A stretch of 64,000 nucleotides of DNA from positions 32,001 to 96,000 of the forward strand of contig JALGVJ010000004.1 of assembly GCA_029838195.1 (NCBI GenBank). The letters are read 5' to 3'. The notes under the pieces are model-generated. The model saw only the letters and a program-made list of their open reading frames with translations, was not told the DNA's origin and ran no database searches. This DNA is from Promethearchaeota archaeon. GTDB lineage: Archaea; Asgardarchaeota; Lokiarchaeia; Sigyniarchaeales; SOKP01. The position numbers were made by a program, and so were the translations under genes. Shown here piece after piece: positions 30,162-38,567 of the stretch. Positions within the stretch are counted from its first letter, which is position 1, and every line of letters begins with the position of its first letter.

Positions 30162-31001
30162 CTAAATAAAATCAGAGAAATCCTCTTGCAAAAATTCCTT
30201 GAACATCTTTTTTTTCTCATCTTCTTTTATAACCGGTCTTGTATCAATCGGTTCTCCAACCTTTTTTAAAATGTCTTTTAAAAGTTCCACGTCCACATTA
30301 ATTTTAAATTTGCCTCCCAACATGTATCGTATTACCCGTACGCCATTAATCTCTAATTTCAAGAGATGACCCAAACCAAAATAAAATTTATGCGATTCAA
30401 TGGGATCAATAGGACTTTTACTTACTTTTTCTTTCAACATTTCATACAATAACTCCTTACTCGCCACGTGATCTTCTACATTAAAAGTCAAGTAATAAAG
30501 CGCATGATAATAAATCTTGTTTCTTTTATTTTTTAAATATTTCAAGAATTGTTCTGGTGTCCATTCTTCTTTTTCTACGCTTTTTTTCCTTTTTATGAGC
30601 TCATCTTCAATTTTCTTTTCGATGAGAGTTTTTGCACCATTTTTGATGCTTACGCTCTTTTCTGCCGTTTCGTTCTCCATCATTTCTCCATATTTTACCA
30701 ATTCAATTGCTTCTTTCATTTCTCTTAACTCATCTAGATCCATTTTTCCCAAATCAGAAAAATCTGCTATTAAATCGGTTTGATATCCCCTTTTGGCTTC
30801 TTGATCCCGTTTAATTGCATCTATTCCATCATTTCGGGGCTTTCCATTCATTTTTTTGACTTGTTCTATTGCTTCTTGTATTTCCTGAATTTCTTCGATG
30901 TCCAATTCTTCCAGATCAGAGAAGTCCGTTTTAAGTTGCTCCATCTCGTTGATATATTTTTTATAATCGCTTTCTTCATGATCTTCTTCATCTTCATTCA
31001 T
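30162..31001 (-). CDS. Hypothetical protein with duplicated acidic motif and C-terminal winged-helix-like domain
   Basis: DFSDLEELDIEEIQEIQEAIEQVK and DFSDLGKMDLDELREMKEAIELVK repeats. Confidence 0.7.
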   Translation of the reverse strand: MNEDEEDHEESDYKKYINEMEQLKTDFSDLEELDIEEIQEIQEAIEQVKKMNGKPRNDGIDAIKRDQEAKRGYQTDLIADFSDLGKMDLDELREMKEAIELVKYGEMMENETAEKSVSIKNGAKTLIEKKIEDELIKRKKSVEKEEWTPEQFLKYLKNKRNKIYYHALYYLTFNVEDHVASKELLYEMLKEKVSKSPIDPIESHKFYFGLGHLLKLEINGVRVIRYMLGGKFKINVDVELLKDILKKVGEPIDTRPVIKEDEKKKMFKEFLQEDFSDFI

Positions 31002-31187
31002 GTTATTATCACCTTGTGAATCCTTTCTTATGGTTTATTTTTTAAGTGAAGTGCTTTCAAAAAACAAATTAATCTTGTTCTCTTCTATATTTATCATGAA
31101 GCTCTTAATAATTAAAATTAAGCACATCTAACTAAAATGAGGAAATAAAGAATTATTTAAATTAGAACAGAAAAAAATGACAAGAAT

Positions 31188-33440
31188 TCAAGTCCTCTTG
31201 TATATGAATCGTTCCCAACTCGATTTGTTGGGGAGTTCCTCCTTCATGCCCTTTCTCTTGCGTATTTCAAATATTAGATCCTTTTCAATATTAGCAGGAA
31301 CTTTTTCAAATCCTTTAAATTCATAACCGAAGAATGCTCTACCTTGCGTGGTGCCTCTAATTTCATCTGCAATTCCAATCAATTCAGCAGCAGGAAGCTC
31401 TCCTTTTACTCTAACAAATTCTCCTTCAGGAATCACGTCAATAACTTGCCCTCGATGTTTATTTATGGTTGAAATAACACCACTTTCAGTACCTTGGGGA
31501 GTTTTAACATCTATAATTTGTATGGGTTCATATAAATGAGGATCTGCATCAAGCATCGCTAAAGAAAGAGCGGAATACGTCATACTGGCAGTTTGAGCAA
31601 ATTGCGTGTGGCGAGGATCTTCGTGAATTGTTAAATCCGTGAACACGGCTTTTATTCCCATGGCTGGTTCCCGTGCTAAAATGCACTCTTCCGTCCAACT
31701 TCGAAAGGCACTCACCAAATCGTTCTTAATTCGATCGAATCGTTGTAATCCGGAAGCTCCATTAACCAAGGCATTTCCTTTATACACGTCAACGATTCTT
31801 CTAGCTTCTTTCATATCCCATCCCGCTTCTTTATTAAGAATTTGGGCACGTTCTTTTTCATTCATCAAATCCGTGATCTTTCCCGTTTCAATTAATTTTT
31901 CTGCAACGGGATCAAGGGGTTCTACGTATAAGAGAATACGATTATGCGCATTAGAAGATTTTGTATAAAATTCTCGGCTTTTCTTGGTAACTTTTTCCCG
32001 ATAGACGATAATTGGCTCTCCAACATCAATAGGCACTTGATTGTTTATCCTCTTGGTTAGAATTTCGATCTGGAGGGGATCAATCCCACTTAAAATGTAT
32101 TCTTTTGATTCTTTATTTAGTCTAAATTCCGCAGTAGGATCTGCTTGAAGCCATTTTGAAACCACTTCTCCTAATTTAGCTAAATCTTGAGGATCCTTTG
32201 GTTTTATGCTTCTTGACACGACTGCTTCACAAGCATATTGAATCTTTTCAAAAGAAGGAATTAAACTTGCCTCTTCCTTATCTTTTGGAACAGCATTTGC
32301 AGCGATGAAGGTCTCACCTGAAGGACAAATAAAACCATATAATGCAAACAAGTTTCCCGCCGGAATTTGAGGAATATCGAGGATATCCGTAATCTCCATT
32401 ACACCCAAGCGTTTAATGCGTTTTTTAACTCTTTGGTTTACCAAGTATAAAACTTCGGATAAATCTAAGGTCCCTGAAAACACCCTGCCAATAAGCGTTG
32501 GACGATACCCTTGTTTGGGATCCAAAAAGATTTTCGTGATCATCCCATAAAGAGGCCCATTTGGATCACATTTTACGAGAGCTTGTCCTAATTCGGAATT
32601 TAAATCGCCCCCCCAAATCTTAGGTATTCGATATTTAGCCGCTTTAATGGGATCGGGTAAGTGATCTACCACCATTCTTAAAATGGGTTCATCAAGGGGC
32701 AAATTCTCTCGTAACCAGAGTATATCTCCTTCATTATATTTCTCAAATACGGTTATCGGAGTAATTCCTTTCTCTTTCAAGATTTCATACGTAAATCCCC
32801 AACCATGCTTTGCTGAACCGATAGCTACACTATTTTGAGCGAAATCAATGCTCCAATTTGAACCTTTTGGACGAACTTTCTTTATTAAATCATTCACTTG
32901 CTTGGTAATCTCATCAATTCGAGCATAGGTCTTCTGAGGAGTTAATTTTAATTCACTAATTAACCGATCCACTTTATTAATAAAGAGTACCGGTTTACAA
33001 TATTCTTCTCCTACAGCAAGGCGTATGTTAGTTTCAGTTTGTGTCATTACACCTTCGAGGGCATCAACTAAAATGATTGCACCATCACTCCCTCGTAAGG
33101 CACGAGACACTTCTCCTGTAAATGAAATGTGCCCCGGCGTGTCATTTATTTGTAAAATATAAGGCTCTTTATCATCAGGTTTGCGTGGATCGGTAAAGGA
33201 AAGGAGAACGACCGAGGTAAATATCGTGATTCCTCTTTCTTGTTCTTCCTCGTCACTATCTGTCATTTGTAGTTGTCCGGCATCCTCTTCGCGCATTAGA
33301 CCCGCCCTTCTCAGCAGATAGTCACTTGCGGTTGTTTTCCCGTGATCTATGTGCGCTACAATTGAGAAAATACGCTTTTTTTCATAACTGCCCTTGGTGA
33401 CTAATCGAGAAATCTCATCAGCGTTTTTTACTTTGACCAT
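31188..33440 (-). CDS. fusA: Translation elongation factor 2 family protein (aEF-2 or its aEF-2p paralog)
   Basis: AHIDHGKTT, ERGITI, DTPGH and NKVD; domain IV HEDPRHTQ; domain V RGTTQGRA. Confidence 0.92.
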   Translation of the reverse strand: MVKVKNADEISRLVTKGSYEKKRIFSIVAHIDHGKTTASDYLLRRAGLMREEDAGQLQMTDSDEEEQERGITIFTSVVLLSFTDPRKPDDKEPYILQINDTPGHISFTGEVSRALRGSDGAIILVDALEGVMTQTETNIRLAVGEEYCKPVLFINKVDRLISELKLTPQKTYARIDEITKQVNDLIKKVRPKGSNWSIDFAQNSVAIGSAKHGWGFTYEILKEKGITPITVFEKYNEGDILWLRENLPLDEPILRMVVDHLPDPIKAAKYRIPKIWGGDLNSELGQALVKCDPNGPLYGMITKIFLDPKQGYRPTLIGRVFSGTLDLSEVLYLVNQRVKKRIKRLGVMEITDILDIPQIPAGNLFALYGFICPSGETFIAANAVPKDKEEASLIPSFEKIQYACEAVVSRSIKPKDPQDLAKLGEVVSKWLQADPTAEFRLNKESKEYILSGIDPLQIEILTKRINNQVPIDVGEPIIVYREKVTKKSREFYTKSSNAHNRILLYVEPLDPVAEKLIETGKITDLMNEKERAQILNKEAGWDMKEARRIVDVYKGNALVNGASGLQRFDRIKNDLVSAFRSWTEECILAREPAMGIKAVFTDLTIHEDPRHTQFAQTASMTYSALSLAMLDADPHLYEPIQIIDVKTPQGTESGVISTINKHRGQVIDVIPEGEFVRVKGELPAAELIGIADEIRGTTQGRAFFGYEFKGFEKVPANIEKDLIFEIRKRKGMKEELPNKSSWERFIYKRT

Positions 33441-34219
33441 TGTTAATTTTCACTTAAAAAAATTCTGATTTTCATAAATCCAAGTTATAATTGAGGGAAA
33501 AAATGATGAAAAAAATAAAAATTTTATGAATATAAGGCATAAAACGCTTTTATTTTGAAGATTTTAAAAATCTTCTCAAATTAGGACAATGGTTTCTAAG
33601 TTTTCAGGAAAATGAGTAAAGTTTTTCCATCTAGATTAGGAGAGATTTTTATGTTGGATGATTTATTCAAAATTTTAATAATTTTTCGAAGCATGAACAT
33701 CGTGTAAAGAGTATAAAAGAGAAGAAAGACATTAATAATGAGAAATATTTGAGCAGAAATACTAACGATAAAATAATGAAAAGTTTCTAAGGGAATATTA
33801 AAAATACGTGCTAAATTTATCCAAAATTGAAAAAACTTGATTGTTGTAGAGAAAGAAAGAAAAAGTTCAATTTAACATTTAATGAAAATCCACCCGATTA
33901 ATCATTAAAGATTCCAAGTTTTAAGAAAATATTTCGAAATAATTTTCATTTTTTCTAAAGAAAATTTTAAAATGGGATGATTTATAGCAATTTCATGAAA
34001 TTTTTTACATTTAAGCTTCACTCGGGAAATAAAATTAGGAATGCATTAAATTTATCAAAAAAGATAAGATAAAAAGACGATAAAAGAAATTATCATGAGG
34101 AAAACATTTGGTTTAAAGGGAGGGATTTTTTTAAGAAATGATGTAAGAAAAAATAAAGTTTATTGAGAAAAAGAAGCATTAGAAAAAAAAATAGTCCATG
34201 ATGATAATTTTTAACTCAA

Positions 34220-34855
34220 TTAAGAGGCAGAGAGGAGATTTTTAATGTGTTTAACACCGTCGACAGCATCGGGGGCAAAATCATCCGCACCAAGCTTTTT
34301 AGCAAGTTCCATGTTTAAGGGGGCTCCTCCTACTATCAATTTCACTTTATCTCTTAACCCCGCTTCCTTAAAAGCTTTATCCACTTCCGTAATTTGTGGA
34401 ACAGTCATGGTTAAAAGCGAGCTCAAACCAATGATTTTTGCTCCAGTTTTCTTAGCTGTTTCGACGAAATCTTTAGGATCAACGTCCATACCCAGATCAA
34501 TCACCTCGTACCCCGAACTTAAAAGAAGAGTCCCCAATAGATTTTTCCCAATATCATGATTGTCCCCCTTTACCGTCCCAATAATGATTTTCTCTTTTTG
34601 TTTGGATTGGTCGCTCTCGGCAATAGCGGGTTTTAGGACATTAAATGCTTCTTTCATGGTCTCTCCCGCTAAGACGAGTTCGGCAAGGTAATAGATGTCT
34701 TGTTCATAGCGGCGGCCAACTTCATCCATGCCTTTTGTTAGGGCGTTGAGGATATCGAAGGGATCCTTACCTTCATCCAAGGCTTCTTTTACTGCATTTA
34801 CTATTTCATCTACTTCTAGTTCTATAACCAATTCTGTAATTTTTTCAAAATCCAT
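34220..34855 (-). CDS. Corrinoid (B12-binding) methyltransferase cognate protein, MtaC/MtbC-like
   Basis: GTVKGDNHDIGKN (DxHxxG), SSLLT and VGGAP motifs. Confidence 0.92.
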   Translation of the reverse strand: MDFEKITELVIELEVDEIVNAVKEALDEGKDPFDILNALTKGMDEVGRRYEQDIYYLAELVLAGETMKEAFNVLKPAIAESDQSKQKEKIIIGTVKGDNHDIGKNLLGTLLLSSGYEVIDLGMDVDPKDFVETAKKTGAKIIGLSSLLTMTVPQITEVDKAFKEAGLRDKVKLIVGGAPLNMELAKKLGADDFAPDAVDGVKHIKNLLSAS

Positions 34856-34969
34856 GTATTATTCACAAACGTTTTATCATTTAAGGTAGATTTAGTTTTT
34901 AAAATATTTAAAGATTAAAAATATTGAGTAATTCATGATCCTTTTCGGGTCCAATTTAGTTCAAGGGGA

Positions 34970-36424
34970 TCAAGAGCAGAAAGGCAATATCATGTTTTTT
35001 AACACGTAAAGAGCTTGCATTCCGGAGTCTGTTTTCACGTTAAAAGCATTTGATAAATTCACGAGTTTTAAATGAGAGGGGAGGTTTTTCTTTACGTGAT
35101 CTTGAAGAAAAGAAAGGAATTGATGATGGGTACGGACGGTTTCAACCCAAAGAAAGCCATTTTTAATCACGTGATTAGGGTTTACTTCTTTAAATTTTTT
35201 GGCGTGTTTTTTAGCCTTAAGAGGCGGTCCTCTCCTGAGGTATGATTTGGAAATTTCGGGATCTTCGCAATAAAGCGCTAAATTGTATTCCTCGCAGTCT
35301 ATAATAAAATATACTTCAAATTCAATCTTACCAAATTTTTTCGCATGAGAAAATTCTTTTTCTCCGTGAATTTTTATGCTTTCTCCTAAAGAATAAAGCT
35401 TGTCTCGAGCAACGGTGTAGTGGAGATTTTCTTTTCCTTTTTTAAATTCGATGATAAAAAGATGGGAGAGAAGGTCTTTATCTTTGGTTAAATCAATTGG
35501 TGGAATGGGAGTAATTTCAAAAAATTTCTTATCTGGTTGGTTTAAAAAAGCATGAATTCGATGATTGCAATAATTATAAGCCTTTTCTGAAATGGCAGAG
35601 GCGACATTTCTATTACTATCAATAGGATCAATTATAAAGAGCCAATCATTTTGAAAATGCCGGATTTGTTTTAATTGTTCTAAAGTGCGATTATTTTTAT
35701 CAAGGGGATATTCTTTAAGAGTCTCAAAATTCTGAAACACGGTAAGCAGCGTTTTATAGAAATAAATTAATAATTCAGCACTATATCCTATGAAGCCTAT
35801 TCTTCCAACAGGGCTTTTATCCCCATAACTGTGACACGCCTTAAAAAATTGCTTTAAAAGTCGAACCTCATTTTTTTGTTGAGTGTTCAATTCTTTTTGA
35901 ATAAAACGACCATGCCAAGGAGTACGATCCACAGCAGTAATGGGACCATATTTATTGATATATTCTAAAGGTAAATCAAAATACAATACGATGTCGATTT
36001 TCACTTTTTTTTCCTTATTAATATAGTCCACGGTGACATATGGGTGTTCTGCGTATAATAATCGAGCATTCTGAAATTCGGGAAGGTTTAGAGAAGGGAG
36101 GAGCCAATCATTGCATAGTCTGAGAAATTCTTTTTTAAATTCTTGTTTTTTTTTACTCTTGCTTAATCCCTTGTATTTTAATTCATAGTTTTCATAATTT
36201 AATCCGATAAAAAAATCAATATCAAAATCATCACGTAATTGGGTTTGTTTAATTCCTGTGGAACCTTGAGGTTCCATCCGAGTATACTGAATATTTAATT
36301 CATCGGCTTTTTTAATTAAAAGAGTGGTTAATAAATTGACGATATCTGAGATGAGTCGTAATTCCTTGGAAGTGGGCTTGATTTCTTCCAAGACATCATT
36401 AAATATTTGCTCAATTGTACTCAT
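34970..36424 (-). CDS. cca: Archaeal class I CCA-adding enzyme
   Basis: QGS...DFDIDFF, YAEHPYV, AVDRTPWH, EVRLLKQF, GFIGYSAELL, IDPIDSNRNVASA and GPP motifs. Confidence 0.93.
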   Translation of the reverse strand: MSTIEQIFNDVLEEIKPTSKELRLISDIVNLLTTLLIKKADELNIQYTRMEPQGSTGIKQTQLRDDFDIDFFIGLNYENYELKYKGLSKSKKKQEFKKEFLRLCNDWLLPSLNLPEFQNARLLYAEHPYVTVDYINKEKKVKIDIVLYFDLPLEYINKYGPITAVDRTPWHGRFIQKELNTQQKNEVRLLKQFFKACHSYGDKSPVGRIGFIGYSAELLIYFYKTLLTVFQNFETLKEYPLDKNNRTLEQLKQIRHFQNDWLFIIDPIDSNRNVASAISEKAYNYCNHRIHAFLNQPDKKFFEITPIPPIDLTKDKDLLSHLFIIEFKKGKENLHYTVARDKLYSLGESIKIHGEKEFSHAKKFGKIEFEVYFIIDCEEYNLALYCEDPEISKSYLRRGPPLKAKKHAKKFKEVNPNHVIKNGFLWVETVRTHHQFLSFLQDHVKKNLPSHLKLVNLSNAFNVKTDSGMQALYVLKNMILPFCS

Positions 36425-36469
36425 TTTTCTAATTTAATAATTTTAATGAAATGGGATGAGAAAAACGAT

Positions 36470-38275
36470 TCACATGCCCCACCAAGGATGTTGGGTTTCT
36501 CTCATCAACTTGATAAATTCTTGAAGGGCTTCTTTTTGGTCAGAAGTTAATTCATTCAAGAATTTGGAGATCAATTGTCTCACGTGAGATTCGGGCACAT
36601 TTACGAATAAGATTTCGTCCTTATCGATATCTCTTCCTATTTCAATTCCTCGGATGGAGATAGCCACCTCAGAGTTCGCATCTGCTTTATCAAGACTCTG
36701 CCCTTTATCTTGTATTTGATGCACGCGCCCGACTTTTTTACCCTTACTCGTGATTAAAGGTACTTTTGGTCTTAAAGTACCTGCTTCTATGCTCACGCCA
36801 AATACAGCCGGATTAGAATGCCGGAAAATGAATTCTGGAAGCATTTTAAGCTTGGCAGGCAATATTAGTTCTCCTAATTCTTTTGCAGTATCTTCTGCTT
36901 TTCTCGTTTCTCTATATTCTATATAATCTTCAAGCAAGCGATAAATCACGTCATTAGTAAAAATGCGCACGTTATCTAAATTAGCCTGCTCTCGAGCTTC
37001 AGGTAGAATGGGAACATTGAATCCTAAAATCACGGCTGAATAGGGATCAAATTGTTTCACGAGATTGGCATTAATCACATCTTCCTTTTTTATTGGCCCA
37101 ACATCCGCAATACTGATTTTGACGCCATTTTGAATGAAATGATTTTCTAATGCTTCTAATGAGCCTAAGGTGTCTGCTTTTAATACTACTCCTGCTTTTT
37201 CTGTTTTGATGCGAATGGCTTGAACCTCCGATTCAATTACTCTATAAACCTCTTCTTCTTCCGCAGAATCGGATATTCCCATGAAGGGAGAGCCTGCAAC
37301 AACATCTTCAATATTCGGTGAGAGGATTTTTACTCCTGCCGCTGCAGAAACCATATCTTGAGAATCGAACTTTTGTCGAGGATCCCGTATCTCATCCAAG
37401 GGTTTAGGAGTCAATAATGCCCGTACTTTTGATTTTACGGGGCCATTCAAGCCTCCTACGATAAAGTCGTCACCTTTTTTCAAAATTCCATCATAGATTA
37501 ACACGTCCATAGTTTTTCCGTATCCTTTCTCTTTCTTAACTTCTAGCACAACTCCTCTTGCGGGGCCTTCTGAAAATTTAAGATTTTCCTTTAGATATTG
37601 TTGGGTTAATCCTAAAAGAATCATGAGCAAGGTAGAGATGCCTTCTCCCGTAACGGCACTTGTCGGGACAATGGCTACTTTCTTTGTAAAATCTTTTATT
37701 TTATCATATCTATCACAGCCTTTAAACCCTTCTTCTAAGAAATCTCCAATTATTTGATAAATTTTTTCATCCAAGTATTCTCTCACGTGAGGCTTTTGTT
37801 TATTATAAGTATCCAAGAAGTCAGCATCTCTAATCGATTTCCACCCCGTAATTCGATCGATTTTATTGGCCGCGATGACGAAAGGAGTTCTTCTTTCCCT
37901 TAAAATTCGCACGGACTCCCAGGTAATGGGCATAGTACCTGCAGTGACATCCACGACTAAAATGGCAATATCTGCTACTGCCCCACCCCGTTTTCTAAGA
38001 TTCATGAAGGCTGCATGACCCGGGGTGTCGACGATGAGAATGCCCGGCACGAAGAATTTTTTTTCTGCAAATTCAGGTTTCGATTTTCTTAAAAATTCAA
38101 CGATGGCTTGGGTAGGAAAATAGGAAGCACCGATGTGTTGGGTGATTCCAGCAGCCTCTCTTTTTTGAACAACCGTGCCTCGAATATAATCCAAGAGCGA
38201 GGTCTTTCCATGATCAATATGGCCCAAAATGCAAGCAATGGGTGCTCTAGTGATTTTTTTTTCTTGCGCTGTCAT
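36470..38275 (-). CDS. infB: Translation initiation factor aIF5B/IF-2
   Basis: GHIDHGKTSLLD, GITQHIGA, DTPGH, NKID and KADTLGSLEAL motifs. Confidence 0.96.
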   Translation of the reverse strand: MTAQEKKITRAPIACILGHIDHGKTSLLDYIRGTVVQKREAAGITQHIGASYFPTQAIVEFLRKSKPEFAEKKFFVPGILIVDTPGHAAFMNLRKRGGAVADIAILVVDVTAGTMPITWESVRILRERRTPFVIAANKIDRITGWKSIRDADFLDTYNKQKPHVREYLDEKIYQIIGDFLEEGFKGCDRYDKIKDFTKKVAIVPTSAVTGEGISTLLMILLGLTQQYLKENLKFSEGPARGVVLEVKKEKGYGKTMDVLIYDGILKKGDDFIVGGLNGPVKSKVRALLTPKPLDEIRDPRQKFDSQDMVSAAAGVKILSPNIEDVVAGSPFMGISDSAEEEEVYRVIESEVQAIRIKTEKAGVVLKADTLGSLEALENHFIQNGVKISIADVGPIKKEDVINANLVKQFDPYSAVILGFNVPILPEAREQANLDNVRIFTNDVIYRLLEDYIEYRETRKAEDTAKELGELILPAKLKMLPEFIFRHSNPAVFGVSIEAGTLRPKVPLITSKGKKVGRVHQIQDKGQSLDKADANSEVAISIRGIEIGRDIDKDEILFVNVPESHVRQLISKFLNELTSDQKEALQEFIKLMRETQHPWWGM

Positions 38276-38567
38276 TAAAATCGTCCGCCAACTCACGATA
38301 TACACATGATTTTATTTATTCATGATAAACAAAATTCAAGGTAAGATTAGAATTTTTCCATGAAGCAATGGTTTTACTGGAAAAAAAATGAGACCGTGAT
38401 TTTATTGAATTGAGAGGTAAAGGTATTTTTTTAAAGTATCTGGAGTCATGTAGAAATTTTAATTAATCTTGTTGTTTTCAAGCTTCCCCGAGCACTTTAA
38501 TGAGAAAGATAATTAATTATGGTATGCGTATGTTGGACGTTACATAATTCCTTTCATGAGATAATTT

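Noticed and set aside
33441-34219. tRNA, rRNA or canonical ORB-containing origin in the long intergenic gaps (also 12181-12687, 55206-55710, 57016-57387)
   Set aside because: No GC-rich cloverleaf, no TTCCAxTGGAA/G-string ORB motif seen, and no cdc6/orc1 in the window
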